Source: Eledone cirrhosa (Eukaryota). Taken from it: a DNA stretch of 64,000 nucleotides. The DNA is taken from NCBI GenBank assembly GCA_964016885.1, contig CAXHJY010000096.1, positions 2,666,001 through 2,730,000 on the forward strand, read 5' to 3'. The translations under genes were made by a program, and so were the position numbers. Shown here one piece after another: positions 25,401 through 40,100 of this stretch; position 1 is the first letter of the stretch; every line of letters starts with the position of its first letter. The notes beneath the pieces were generated by a model. The model was not told the origin of the DNA and did not search any database. It saw nothing but the letters and a program-made list of their open reading frames with translations.

Positions 25401-28400
25401 GTAAAAAAAAATCAGGGGGAGATAATTTGTTTAAAAAATCAAGGGGAGATAATTTGCAGCCGTCCAAGGGGAGATAATTTTCAGCCGTCCAAGGAGAGGT
25501 AATTTCTAGCCGTTCAAGGGGAGATAATTTCCAGCCGTCCAAGGGGAGATAATTTCCAGCCGTCCAAGGGGAGATAATTTTTTTTAAAAAATCAGGCGGA
25601 GATAATTTGTAAAAAAAAATCAGGGGGAGATAATTCGTAAAAAAAAATCAGGGGGAGATAATTTGTAAAAAAAAATCAGGGGGAGATAATTTGTAAAAAA
25701 AATCAAGGGGAGATAATTTCCAGCCGTCCAAGGGGAGGTAATATCTAGCCGTCCAAGGGGAGATAATTTCCAGCCGTCCAAGGGGAGATAATTTCCAGCC
25801 GTCCAAGGGGAGATAATTTCCAGCCGTCCAAGGAGACATATTTTCCAGCCGTCCAAGGCGAGGTAATTTCTAGCCGTCCAAGGGGAGATTAATTCCAGCC
25901 TCAAGGGGAGATAATTTCCAGCCAGCCAAGGGGAGATAATTTGTAAAAAAATCAGGGGGAGATAATTTGTAAAAAATATCAGGGAGATAATTTGTAAAAA
26001 AAAATCAGGGGGAGATAATTTGTAAAAAAAATCAGGGGGAGATAATTTGTAAAAAAAAATCAGGGGGAGATAATTTGTAAAAAAAATCAAGGGGAGATAA
26101 TTTCCAGCCGTCCAAGGGGAGATAATTTTCAGCCGTCCAAGGAGAGGTAATTTCTAACCGTCCGAGGAGAGATAATTTCCAGCCGTCCAAGGGGAGATAA
26201 TTTCCAGCCGTCCAAGGGGAGATAATTTCCAGCCGTCCAAGGAGACATATTTTCCAGCCGTCCAAGGAGAGGTAATTTCTAGCCGTCCAAGGGGAGATAA
26301 ATTCCAGCCTCCAAGGGGAGATAATTTCCAGCCAGCCAAGGGGAGATAATTTGTAAAAAAATCAGGGGGAGATAATTTGCAAAAAAAATCAGGGGGAGAT
26401 AATTTGTAAAAAAAATCAGGGGGAGATAATTTGTAAAAAATAATCAGGGGGAGATAATTTCCAGCCGTCCAAGGAAGATAATTTCCAGCCCTCCAAGGGG
26501 CTATAATTTCCAGTGTCCAAGGGGAGATAATTTCCAGCCAGCGAAGGGGAGATAATTTTTTTTAAAAAATCATTGGGAGATTTGTAAAAAAAATCAGGGG
26601 GAGATAATTTGTAAAAAAAATCAAGGGGAGATAATTTCCAGCCGTCCAAGGGGAGGTAATATCTAGCCGTCCAAGGGTAGATAATTTCCAGCCGTCCAAC
26701 GGGAGATAATTTCCAGCCGTCCAAGGGTAGATCATATCCAGCCGCCCAAGGACATATTTTCCAGCCGTCCAAGGAGAGGTAATTTCTAGCCGTCCAAGGG
26801 GAGATAATTTCCAGCCGTCCAAGGGTAGATAATATCCAGCCGTCCAAGGACATATTTTCCAGCCGTCCAAGGAGAGGTAATTTCTAGCCGTCCAAGGGGA
26901 GATAAATTCCAGCCTCCAAGGGGAGATAATTTCCAGCCAGCCAAGGGGAGATAATTTGTAAAAAAATCAGGGGGAGATAATTTGTAAAAAAAATCAGGGG
27001 GAGATAATTTGTAAAAAAAAATCAGGGGGAGATAATTTGTAAAAAAAAATCAGGGTGAGATAATTTGCAAAAAAAATCAGGGGGAGATAATTTGTAAAAA
27101 AAAATCAGGGGTAGATAATTTGTAAAAAAAAATCAGGGGGAGATAATTTGTAAAAAAAAATCAGGGGGAGATAATTTGTAAAAAAAATCAAGGGGAGATA
27201 ATTTCCAGCCGTCCAAGGAGAGATAATTTAAAAAAAAATCAGGCGGAGATAATTTGTAAAAAAAAATCAGGGGGAGATAATTTGTAAAAAAAATCAGGGG
27301 GAGATAATTTGTAAAAAAAAATCAGGGGTAGATAATTTGTAAAAAAAAATCAGGGGGAGATAATTTGTAAAAAAAAATCAGGAGGAGATAATTTGTAAAA
27401 AAAATCAAGGGGAGATAATTTCCAGCCGTCCAAGGAGAGATAATTTAAAAAAAAATCAGGCGGAGATAATTTGTAAAAAAAAATCAGGGGGAGATAATTT
27501 GTAAAAAAAAATCAGGGGGAGATAATTTGTAAAAAAAATCAAGGGGAGATAATTTCCAGCCGTCCAAGGGGAGATAATTTTCAGCCGTCCAAGGGGAGAT
27601 AATTTCCCGCCAGCCAAGGGAAGATAATATTCAAAAAAATCAGGCGGAGATAATTTGTAAAAAAAATCAGGGGGAGATAATTTGTAAAAAAATCAGGGGG
27701 AGATAATTTGTAAAAAAAAAAATCAGGGGGAGATAATTTGTAAAAAAAATCAGGGGGAGATAATTTGTAAAAAAAATCAGGGGTAGATAATTTGTAAAAA
27801 AAAATCAGGGGGAGATAATTTGTAAAAAAAAATCAGGGGGAGATAATTTGTAAAAAAAATGAAAGGGGAGATAATATCCAGCCGTCCAAGGGGAGATAAT
27901 TTCCAGCCGTCCAAGGGGAGATAATTTCCAGCCGTCCAAGGGGAGATAATTTCCATCCTTCCAAGGGGATATAATTTCCAGCCGTCCAAGGGGAGATAAT
28001 TTCCATCCTTCCAAGGGGATATAATTTCCAGCCGTCCAAGGGGAGATAATTTTCAGCCGTCCAAGGAGAGGTAATTTCTAGCCGTCCAAGGAGAGATAAT
28101 TTCCAGCCGTCCAAGGGGAGATAATTTCCAGCCGTCCAAGGGGAGATAATTTCCAGCCGTCCAAGGAGACATATTTTCCAGCCGTCCAAGGAGAGGTAAT
28201 TCCTAGCCGTCCAAGGGGAGATAAATTCCAGCCTCCAAGGGGAGATAATTTCCAGCCAGCCAAGGGGAGATAATTTGTAAAAAAAATCAGGGGGAGATAA
28301 CTTGTAAAAAAAATCAGGGGGAGATAATTTGTAAAAAAAAATCAGGGGTAGATAATTTGTAAAAAATAATCAGGGGGAGATAATTTGTAAAAAAAATCAA

Positions 28401-31120
28401 GGGGAGATAATTTCCAGCCGTCCAAGGGGAGATAATTTTCAGCCGTCCAAGGGGAGATAATTTCCCGCCAGCCAAGGGAAGATAATATTTAAAAAAATTA
28501 GGCGGAGATAATTTGTAAAAAAAATCAGGGGGAGATAATTTGTAAAAAAATCAGGGGGAGATAATTTGTAAAAAAAATCAGGGGGAGATAATTTGTAAAA
28601 AAAATCAGGGGGAGATAATTTGTAAAAAAAAATCAGGGGGAGATAATTTGTAAAAAAAATCAAGGGGAGATAATTTCCAGCCGTCCAAGGGAAGATAATT
28701 TCCAGCCCTCCAAGGGGCTATAATTTCCAGCGTCCAAGGGGAGATAATTTCCAGCCAGCGAAGGGGAGATAATTTTTTTTAAAAAATCATTGGGAGATTT
28801 GTAAAAAAAATCAGGGGGAGATAATTTGTAAAAAAAATCAAGGGGAGATAATTTCCAGCCGTCCAAGGGGAGGTAATATCTAGCCGTCCAAGGGGAGATA
28901 ATTTCCAGCCGTCCAAGGGGAGATAATTTCCAGCCGTCCAAGGGTAGATAATATCCAGCCGTCCAAGGACATATTTTCCAGCCGTCCAAGGAGAGGTAAT
29001 TTCTAGCCGTCCAAGGGGAGATAAATTCCAGCCTCCAAGGTGAGATAATTTCCAGCCAGCCAAGGGGAGATAATTTGTAAAAAAATCAGGGGGAGATAAT
29101 TTGTAAAAAAAATCAGGGGGAGATAATTTGTAAAAAAAAATCAGGGGGAGATAATTTGTAAAAAAAAATCAGGGGGAGATAATTTGTAAAAAAAAATCAG
29201 GGGGAGATAATTTGTAAAAAAAATCAAGGGGAGATAATTTCCAGCCGTCCAAGGGGAGATAATTTCCCGCCAGCCAAGGGAAGATAATATTTAAAAAAAT
29301 CAGGCGGAGATAATTTGTAAAAAAAATCAGGGGGAGATAATTTGTAAAAAAATCAGGGGGAGATAATTTCCAGCCGTCCAAGGGGAGATAATTTCCAGCC
29401 GTCCAAGGGGAGATAATTTCCATCCTTCCAAGGGGATATAATTTCCAGCCGTCCAAGGGGAGATAATTTCCCGCCAGCCAAGGGAAGATAATTTTTAAAA
29501 AAATCAGTCGGAGATTGTAAAAAAAATCAGGGGGGAGATAATTTGTAAAAAAATCAGGGGGAGATAATTTGTAAAAAATAATCAGGGGGAGATAATTTGT
29601 AAAAAAAAATCAAGGGGAGATAATTTCCAGCCGTCCAAGGGGAGATAATTTCCCGCCAGCCAAGGGAAGATAATATTTAAAAAAATTAGGCGGAGATAAT
29701 TTGTAAAAAAAATCAGGGGGAGATAATTTGTAAAAAAATCAGGGGGAGATAATTTGTAAAAAAAATCAGGGGGAGATAATTTGTAAAAAAAATCATGGGG
29801 AGATAATTTGTAAAAAAAAATCAGGGGTAGATAATTTGTAAAAAAAAATCAGGGGGAGATAATTTGTAAAAAAAAATCAGGGGGAGATAATTTGTAAAAA
29901 AAATCAAGGGGAGATAATTTCCAGCCGTCCAAGGGGAGATAATTTTCAGCTGTCCAAGGAGAGGTAATTTCTAGCCGTCCAAGGGGAGATAATTTCCAGC
30001 CGTCCAAGGGGAGGTAATTTCCAGCCGTCCAAGGGGAGATAATTTAAAAAAAAAAATCAGGCGGAGATAATTTGTAAAAAAAATCAAGGGGAGATAATTT
30101 GCAGCCGTCCAAGGGGAGATAATTTTCAGTCGTCCAAGGAGAGGTAATTTCTAGCCGTCCAAGGGGAGATAATTGCCAGCCGTCCAAGGGGAGATAATTT
30201 CCAGCCGTCCAAGGGGAGATAATTTTTTTTAAAAAATCAGGCGGAGATAATTTGTAAAAAAAATCAGGGGGAGATAATTTGTAAAAAAAATCAGGGGGAG
30301 ATAATTTGTAAAAAAAAATCAGGGGTAGATAATTTGTAAAAAAAAATCAGGGGGAGATAATTTGTAAAAAAAATCAAGGGGAGATAATTTCCAGCCGTCC
30401 AAGGGAAGATAATTTCCAGCCCTCCAAGGGGCTATAATTTCCAGCGTCCAAGGGGAGATAATTTCCAGCCAGCGAAGGGGAGATAATTTTTTTAAAAAAA
30501 TCATTGGGAGATTTGTAAAAAAAATCAGGGGGAGATAATTTGTAAAAAAAATCAAGGGGAGATAATTTCCAGCCGTCCAAGGGGAGGTAATATCTAGCCG
30601 TCCAAGGGTAGATAATTTCCAGCCGTCCAACGGGAGATAATTTCCAGCCGTCCAAGGGTAGATAATATCCAGCCGCCCAAGGACATATTTTCCAGCCGTC
30701 CAAGGAGAGGTAATTTCTAGCCGTCCAAGGGGAGATAATTTCCAGCCGTCCAAGGGTAGATAATATCCAGCCGTCCAAGGACATATTTTCCAGCCGTCCA
30801 AGGAGAGGTAATTTCTAGCCGTCCAAGGGGAGATAAATTCCAGCCTCCAAGGGGAGATAATTTCCAGCCAGCCAAGGGGAGATAATTTGTAAAAAAATCA
30901 GGGGGAGATAATTTGTAAAAAAAATCAGGGGGAGATAATTTGTAAAAAAAAATCAGGGGGAGATAATTTGTAAAAAAAAATCAGGGGGAGATAATTTGCA
31001 AAAAAAATCAGGGGGAGATAATTTGTAAAAAAAAATCAGGGGTAGATAATTTGTAAAAAAAAATCAGGGGGAGATAATTTGTAAAAAAAAATCAGGGGGA
31101 GATAATTTGTAAAAAAAATC
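16490..31120. repeat. Copy 1 of a near-identical ~14.6-kb tandem duplication, itself made of two related ~7-kb halves
   Basis: The ORF track repeats at offset 14577-14579 (16634/31211, 18642/33219, 20786/35363, 24119/38696, 27777/42356). Internal offsets are 7029 (17090/24119) and 6991 (20786/27777). Confidence 0.93.
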
Positions 31121-34100
31121 ATGGAGAGATAATTTCCAGCCGTCCAAGGGGAGATAATTTCCAGCCGTCCAAGGAGACATATTTTCCAGCCGTCCAAGGC
31201 GAGGTAATTTCTAGCCGTCCAAGGGGAGATAAATTCCAGCCTCCAAGGGGAGATAATTTCCAGCCAGCCAAGTGGAGATAATTTGTAAAAAAATCAGGGG
31301 GAGATAATTTGTAAAAAATATCAGGGAGATAATTTGTAAAAAAAAATCAGGGGGAGATAATTTGTAAAAAAAATCAGGGGGAGATAATTTGTAAAAAAAA
31401 ATCAGGGGGAGATAATTTGTAAAAAGAATCAAGGGGAGATAATTTCCAGCCGTCCAAGGGGAGATAATTTTCAGCCGTCCAAGGGGAGATAATTTCCCGC
31501 CAGCCAAGGGAAGATAATATTTAAAAAAATCAGGCGGAGATAATTTGTAAAAAAAATCAGGGGGAGATAATTTGTAAAAAAATCAGGGGGAGATAATTTG
31601 TAAAAAAAAAATCAGGGGGAGATAATTTGTAAAAAAAATCAGGGGGAGATAATTTGTAAAAAAAAATCAGGGGTAGATAATTTGTAAACAAAAATCAGGG
31701 GGAGATAATTTGTAAAAAAAAATCAGGGGGAGATAATTTGTAAAAAAAATGAAAGGGGAGATAATATCCAGCCGTCCAAGGGGAGATAATTTCCAGCCGT
31801 CCAAGGGGATATAATTTCCAGCCGTCCAAGGGGAGATAATTTCCATCCTTCCAAGGGGATATAATTTCCAGCCGTCCAAGGGGAGATAATTTCCCGCCAG
31901 CCAAGGGAAGATAATTTTTAAAAAAATCAGGCGGAGATTGTAAAAAAAATCAGGGGGGAGATAATTTGTAAAAAAATCAGGGGGAGATAATTTGTAAAAA
32001 ATAATCAGGGGGAGATAATTTGTAAAAAAATTCAAGGGGAGATAATTTCCAGCCGTCCAAGGGGAGATAATTTCCCGCCAGCCAAGGGAAGATAATATTT
32101 AAAAAAATCAGGCGGAGATTGTAAAAAAAATCAGGGGGGAGATAATTTGTAAAAAAATCAGGGGGAGATAATTTGTAAAAAAAATCAGGGGGAGATAATT
32201 TGTAAAAAAATCAGGGGGAGATAATTTGTAAAAAAAATCAGGGGGAGATAATTTGTAAAAAAAATCATGGGGAGATAATTTGTAAAAAGAAATCAGGGGT
32301 AGATAATTTGTAAAAAAAAATCAGGGGGAGATAATTTGTAAAAAAAAATCAGGGGGAGATAATTTGTAAAAAAAATCAAGGGGAGATAATATCCAGCCGT
32401 CCAAGGAGAGATAATTTTAAAAAAAAATGAGGCGGAGATAATTTGTAAAAAAAAAAATCAGGGGGAGTTAATTTGTAAAAAAAAATGAGGGGGAGATAAT
32501 TTGTAAAAAAAATCAAGGGGAGATAATTTCCAGCCGTCCAAGGGGAGATAATTTTCAGCCGTCCAAGGAGAGGTAATTTCTAGCCGTCCAAGGGGAGATA
32601 ATTTCCAGCCGTCCAAGGGGAGGTAATTTCCAGCCGTCCAAGGGGAGATAATTTAAAAAAAAAAATCAGGCGGAGATAATTTGTAAAAAAAATCAAGGGG
32701 AGATAATTTGCAGCCGTCCAAGGGGAGATAATTTTCAGTCGTCCAAGGAGAGGTAATTTCTAGCCGTCCAAGGGGAGATAATTTCCAGCCGTCCAAGGGG
32801 AGATAATTTCCAGCCGTCCAAGGGGAGATAATTTTTTTTTAAAAATCAGGCGGAGATAATTTGTAAAAAAAATCAGGGGGAGATAATTTGTAAACAAAAT
32901 CAGGGGGAGATAATTTGTAAAAAAAAATCAGGGGGAGATAATTTGTAAAAAAAATTAGGCGTAGATAATTTGTAAAAAAAAATCAGGGGGAGATAATTTG
33001 TAAAAAAAAATCAGGGGGAGATAATTTGTTTAAAAAATCAAGGGGAGATAATTTGCAGCCGTCCAAGGGGAGATAATTTTCAGCCGTCCAAGGAGAGGTA
33101 ATTTCTAGCCGTTCAAGGGGAGATAATTTCCAGCCGTCCAAGGGGAGATAATTTCCAGCCGTCCAAGGGGAGATAATTTTTTTTTAAAAATCAGGCGGAG
33201 ATAATTTGTAAAAAAAAATCAGGTGGAGATAATTCGTAAAAAAAAATCAGGGGGAGATAATTTGTAAAAAAAAATCAGGGGGAGATAATTTGTAAAAAAA
33301 ATCAAGGGGAGATAATTTCCAGCCGTCCAAGGGGAGGTAATATCTAGCCGTCCAAGGGGAGATAATTTCCAGCCGTCCAAGGGGAGATAATTTCCAGCCG
33401 TCCAAGGAGACATATTTTCCAGCCGTCCAAGGCGAGGTAATTTCTAGCCGTCCAAGGGGAGATAAATTCCAGCCTCCAAGGGGAGATAATTTCCAGCCAG
33501 CCAAGGGGAGATAATTTGTAAAAAAATCAGGGGGAGATAATTTGTAAAAAATATCAGGGAGATAATTTGTAAAAAAAAATCAGGGGGAGATAATTTGTAA
33601 AAAAAATCAGGGGGAGATAATTTGTAAAAAAAAATCAGGGGGAGATAATTTGTAAAAAAAATCAAGGGGAGATAATTTCCAGCCGTCCAAGGGGAGATAA
33701 TTTTCAGCCGTCCAAAGAGAGGTAATTTCTAACCGTCCGAGGAGAGATAATTTCCAGCCGTCCAAGGGGAGATAATTTCCAGCCGTCCAAGGGGAGATAA
33801 TTTCCAGCCGTCCAAGGAGACATATTTTCCAGCCGTCCAAGGAGAGGTAATTTCTAGCCGTCCAAGGGGAGATAAATTCCAGCCTCCAAGGGGAGATAAT
33901 TTCCAGCCAGCCAAATGGAGATAATTTGTAAAAAAATCAGGGGGAGATAATTTGCAAAAAAAATCAGGGGGAGATAATTTGTAAAAAATAATCAGGGGGA
34001 GATAATTTCCAGCCGTCCAAGGGGAGATAATTTTAAAAAAAATCAGGCGGAGATAATTTGTAAAAAAAAATCAGGGGGAGATAATTTGTAAAAAAAAATC

Positions 34101-37100
34101 AGGGGGAGATAATTTGTAAAAAAAATCAAGGGGAGATAATTTCCAGCCGTCCAAGGGAAGATAATTTCCAGCCCTCCAAGGGGCTATAATTTCCAGTGTC
34201 CAAGGGGAGATAATTTCCAGCCAGCGAAGGGGAGATAATTTTTTTTAAAAAATCATTGGGAGATTTGTAAAAAAAATCAGGGGGAGATAATTTGTAAAAA
34301 AAATCAAGGGGAGATAATTTCCAGCCGTCCAAGGGGAGGTAATATCTAGCCGTCCAAGGGGAGATAATTTCCAGCCGTCCAAGGGGAGATAATTTCCAGC
34401 CGTCCCAGGGTAGATAATATCCAGCCGCCCAAGGACATATTTTCCAGCCGTCCAAGGAGAGGTAATTTCTAGCCGTCCAAGGGGAGATAAATTCCAGCCT
34501 CCAAGGGGAGATAATTTCCAGCCAGCCAAGGGGAGATAATTTGTAAAAAAATCAGGGGGAGATAATTTGTAAAAAAAATCAGGGGGAGATAATTTGTAAA
34601 AAAAAATCAGGGGGAGATAATTTGTAAAAAAAAATCAGGGGGAGATAATTTGCAAAAAAAATCAGGGGGAGATAATTTGTAAAAAAAAATCAGGGGTAGA
34701 TAATTTGTAAAAAAAAATCAGGGGGAGATAATTTGTAAAAAAAAATCAGGGGGAGATAATTTGTAAAAAAAATCAAGGGGAGATAATTTCCAGCCGTCCA
34801 AGGAGAGATAATTTTAAAAAAAATCCGGCGGAGATAATTTGTAAAAAAAAATCAGGGGGAGATAATTTGTAAAAAAAATCAGGGGGAGATAATTTGTAAA
34901 AAAAAATCAGGGGTAGATAATTTGTAAAAAAAAATCAGGGGGAGATAATTTGTAAAAAAAAATCAGGGGGAGATAATTTGTAAAAAAAATCAAGGGGAGA
35001 TAATTTCCAGCCGTCCAAGGAGAGATAATTTTAAAAAAAATCAGGCGGAGATAATTTGTAAAAAAAAATTAGGGGGAGATAATTTGTAAAAAAAAATCAG
35101 GGGGAGATAATTTGTAAAAAAAATCAAGGGGAGATAATTTCCAGCCGTCCAAGGGGAGATAATTTTCAGTCGTCCAAGGGGAGATAATTTCCCGCCAGCC
35201 AAGGGAAGATAATATTCAAAAAAATCAGGCGGAGATAATTTGTAAAAAAAATCAGGGGGAGATAATTTGTAAAAAAATCAGGGGGAGATAATTTGTAAAA
35301 AAAAAAATCAGGGGGAGATAATTTGTAAAAAAAATCAGGGGGAGATAATTTGTAAAAAAAAATCAGGGGTAGATAATTTGTAAAAAAAAATCAGGGGGAG
35401 ATAATTTGTAAAAAAAAATCAGGGGGAGATAATTTGTAAAAAAAATGAAAGGGGAGATAATATCCAGCCGTCCAAGGGGAGATAATTTCCAGCCGTCCAA
35501 GGGGAGATAATTTCCAGCCGTCCAAGGGGAGATAATTTCCATCCTTCCAAGGGGATATAATTTCCAGCCGTCCAAGGGGAGATAATTTCCATCCTTCCAA
35601 GGGGATATAATTTCCAGCCGTCCAAGGGGAGATAATTTTCAGCCGTCCAAGGAGAGGTAATTTCTAGCCGTCCAAGGAGAGATAATTTCCAGCCGTCCAA
35701 GGGGAGATAATTTCCAGCCGTCCAAGGGGAGATAATTTCCAGCCGTCCAAGGAGACATATTTTCCAGCCGTCCAAGGAGAGGTAATTCCTAGCCGTCCAA
35801 GGGGAGATAAATTCCAGCCTCCAAGGGGAGATAATTTCCAGCCAGCCAAGGGGAGATAATTTGTAAAAAAAATCAGGGGGAGATAATTTGTAAAAAAAAT
35901 CAGGGGGAGATAATTTGTAAAAAAAAATCAGGGGGAGATAATTTGTAAAAAATAATCAGGGGGAGATAATTTGTAAAAAAAATCAAGGGGAGATAATTTC
36001 CAGCCGTCCAAGGGGAGATAATTTTCAGCCGTCCAAGGGGAGATAATTTCCCGCCAGCCAAGGGAAGATAATATTTAAAAAAATTAGGCGGAGATAATTT
36101 GTAAAAAAATCAGGGGGAGATAATTTGTAAAAAAAATCAGGGGGAGATAATTTGTAAAAAAAATCAGGGGGAGATAATTTGTAAAAAAAAATCAGGGGGA
36201 GATAATTTGTAAAAAAAATCAAGGGGAGATAATTTCCAGCCGTCCAAGGGAAGATAATTTCCAGCCCTCCAAGGGGCTATAATTTCCAGCGTCCAAGGGG
36301 AGATAATTTCCAGCCAGCGAAGGGGAGATAATTTTTTTTAAAAAATCACTGGGAGATTTGTAAAAAAAATCAGGGGGAGATAATTTGTAAAAAAAATCAA
36401 GGGGAGATAATTTCCAGCCGTCCAAGGGGAGGTAATATCTAGCCGTCCAAGGGGAGATAATTTCCAGCCGTCCAAGGGGAGATAATTTCCATCCGTCCAA
36501 GGGTAGATAATATCCAGCCGTCCAAGGACATATTTTCCAGCCGTCCAAGGAGAGGTAATTTCTAGCCGTCCAAGGGGAGATAAATTCCAGCCTCCAAGGT
36601 GAGATAATTTCCAGCCAGCCAAGGGGAGATAATTTGTAAAAAAATCAGGGGGAGATAATTTGTAAAAAAAATCAGGGGGAGATAATTTGTAAAAAAAAAT
36701 CAGGGGGAGATAATTTGTAAAAAAAAATCAGGGGGAGATAATTTGTAAAAAAAAATCAGGGGGAGATAATTTGTAAAAAAATCAAGGGGAGATAATTTCC
36801 AGCCGTCCAAGGGGAGATAATTTTCAGCCGTCCAAGGGGAGATAATTTCCCGCCAGCCAAGGGAAGATAATATTTGAAAAAATCAGGCGGAGATAATTTG
36901 TAAAAAAAATCAGGCGGAGATAATTTGTAAAAAAATCAGGGGGAGATAATTTGTAAAAAAAAAATCAGGGGGAGATAATTTGTAAAAAGAATCAGGGGGA
37001 GATAATTTGTAAAAAAAAATCAGGGGTAGATAAATTGTAAAAAAAAATCAGGGGGAGATAATTTGTAAAAAAAATCAGGGGGAGATAATTTGTAAAAAAA

Positions 37101-40100
37101 ATGAAAGGGGAGATAATATCCAGCCGTCCAAGGGGAGATAATTTCCAGCCGTCCAAGGGGAGATAATTTCCAGCCGTCCAAGGGGAGATAATTTCCATCC
37201 TTCCAAGGGGATATAATTTCCAGCCGTCCAAGGGGAGATAATTTCCCGCCAGCCAAGGGAAGATAATTTTTAAAAAAATCAGGCGGAGATTGTAAAAAAA
37301 ATCAGGGGGGAGATAATTTGTAAAAAAATCAGGGGGAGATAATTTGTAAAAAAAAATCAGGGGGAGATAATTTGTAAAAAATATTCAGGGGGAGATAATT
37401 TGTAAAAAAAATCAAGGGGAGATAATTTCCAGCCGTCCAAGGGGAGATAATTTCCCGCCAGCCAAGGGAAGATAATATTTAAAAAAATTAGGCGGAGATA
37501 ATTTGTAAAAAAAATCAGGGGGAGATAATTTGTAAAAAAATCAGGGGGAGATAATTTGTAAAAAAAATCAGGGGGAGATAATTTGTAAAAAAATTCATGG
37601 GGAGATAATTTGTAAAAAAAAATCAGGGGTAGATAATTTGTAAAAAAAAATCAGGGGGAGATAATTTGTAAAAAAAAATCAGGGGGAGATAATTTGTAAA
37701 AAAAATCAAGGGGAGATAATTTCCAGCCGTCCAAGGGGAGATAATTTTCAGCCGTCCAAGGAGAGGTAATTTCTAGCCGTCCAAGGGGAGATAATTTCCA
37801 GCCGTCCAAGGGGAGGTAATTTCCAGCCGTCCAAGGGGAGATAATTTTAAAAAAAAAATCAGTCGGAGATAATTTGTAAAAAAAATCAAGGGGAGATAAT
37901 TTGCAGCCGTCCAAGGGGAGATAATTTTCAGTCGTCCAAGGAGAGGTAATTTCTAGCCGTCCAAGGGGAGATAATTGCCAGCCGTCCAAGGGGAGATAAT
38001 TTCCAGCCGTCCAAGGGGAGATAATTTTTTTTAAAAAATCAGGCGGAGATAATTTGTAAAAAAAATCAGGGGGAGATAATTTGTAAACAAAATCAGGGGG
38101 AGATAATTTGTAAAAAAAAATCAGGGGGAGATAATTTGTAAAAAAAATCATGGAGAGATAATTTCCAGCCGTCCAAGGTGAGATAATTTCCAGCCGTCCA
38201 AGGAGACATATTTTCCAGCCGTCCAAGGCGAGGTAATTTCTAGCCGTCCAAGGGGAGATAAATTCCAGCCTCCAAGGGGAGATAATTTCCAGCTAGCCAA
38301 GTGGAGATAATTTGTAAAAAAATCAGGGGGAGATAATTTGTAGAAAATATCAGGGAGATAATTTGTAAAAAAAAATCAGGGGGAGATAATTTGTAAAAAA
38401 AATCAGGGGGAGATAATTTGTAAAAAAAAATCAGGGGGAGATAATTTATAAAAAAAATCAAGGGGAGATAATTTCCAGCCGTCCAAGGGGAGATAATTTT
38501 CAGCCGTCCAAGGGGAGATAATTTCCCGCCAGCCAAGGGAAGATAATATTTAAAAAAATCAGGCGGAGATAATTTGTAAAAAAAATCAGGGGGAGATAAT
38601 TTGTAAAAAAATCAGGGGGAGATAATTTGTAAAAAAAAAATCAGGGGGAGATAATTTGTAAAAAAAATCAGGGGGAGATAATTTGTAAAAAAAAATCAGG
38701 GATAGATAATTTGTAAACAAAAATCAGGGGGAGATAATTTGTAAAAAAAAATCAGGGGGAGATAATTTGTAAAAAAAATGAAAGGGGAGATAATATCCAG
38801 CCGTCCAAGGGGAGATAATTTCCAGCCGTCCAAGGGGATATAATTTCCAGCCGTCCAAGGGGAGATAATTTCCATCCTTCCAAGGGGATATAATTTCCAG
38901 CCGTCCAAGGGGAGATAATTTCCCGCCAGCCAAGGGAAGATAATTTTTAAAAAAATCAGGCGGAGATTGTAAAAAAAATCAGGGGGGAGATAATTTGTAA
39001 AAAAATCAGGGGGAGATAATTTGTAAAAAATAATCAGGGGGAGATAATTTGTAAAAAAATTCAAGGGGAGATAATTTCCAGCCGTCCAAGGGGAGATAAT
39101 TTCCCGCCAGCCAAGGGAAGATAATATTTAAAAAAATTAGGCGGAGATAATTTGTAAAAAAAATCAGGGGGAGATAATTTGTAAAAAAATCAGGGGGAGA
39201 TAATTTGTAAAAAAAATCAGGGGGAGATAATTTGTAAAAAAAATCATGGGGAGATAATTTGTAAAAAAAAATCAGGGGTAGATAATTTGTAAAAAAAAAT
39301 CAGGGGGAGATAATTTGTAAAAAAAAATCAGGGGGAGATAATTTGTAAAAAAAATCAAGGGGAGATAATATCCAGCCGTCCAAGGAGAGATAATTTAAAA
39401 AAAAAATGAGGCGGAGATAATTTGTAAAAAAAAAATCAGGGGGAGTTAATTTGTAAAAAAAAATGAGGGGGAGATAATTTGTAAAAAAAATCAAGGGGAG
39501 ATAATTTCCAGCCGTCCAAGGGGAGATAATTTTCAGCCGTCCAAGGAGAGGTAATTTCTAGCCGTCCAAGGGGAGATAATTTCCAGCCGTCCAAGGGGAG
39601 GTAATTTCCAGCCGTCCAAGGGGAGATAATTTTAAAAAAAAAATCAGGCGGAGATAATTTGTAAAAAAAATCAAGGGGAGATAATTTGCAGCCGTCCAAG
39701 GGGAGATAATTTTCAGTCGTCCAAGGAGAGGTAATTTCTAGCCGTCCAAGGGGAGATAATTTCCAGCCGTCCAAGGGGAGATAATTTCCAGCCGTCCAAG
39801 GGGAGATAATTTTTTTTAAAAAATCAGGCGGAGATAATTTGTAAAAAAAATCAGGGGGAGATAATTTGTAAACAAAATCAGGGGGAGATAATTTGTAAAA
39901 AAAAATCAGGGGGAGATAATTTGTAAAAAAAATTAGGCGTAGATAATTTGTAAAAAAAAATCAGGGGGAGATAATTTGTAAAAAAAAATCAGGGGGAGAT
40001 AATTTGTTTAAAAAATCAAGGGGAGATAATTTGCAGCCGTCCAAGGGGAGATAATTTTCAGCCGTCCAAGGAGAGGTAATTTCTAGCCGTTCAAGGGGAG

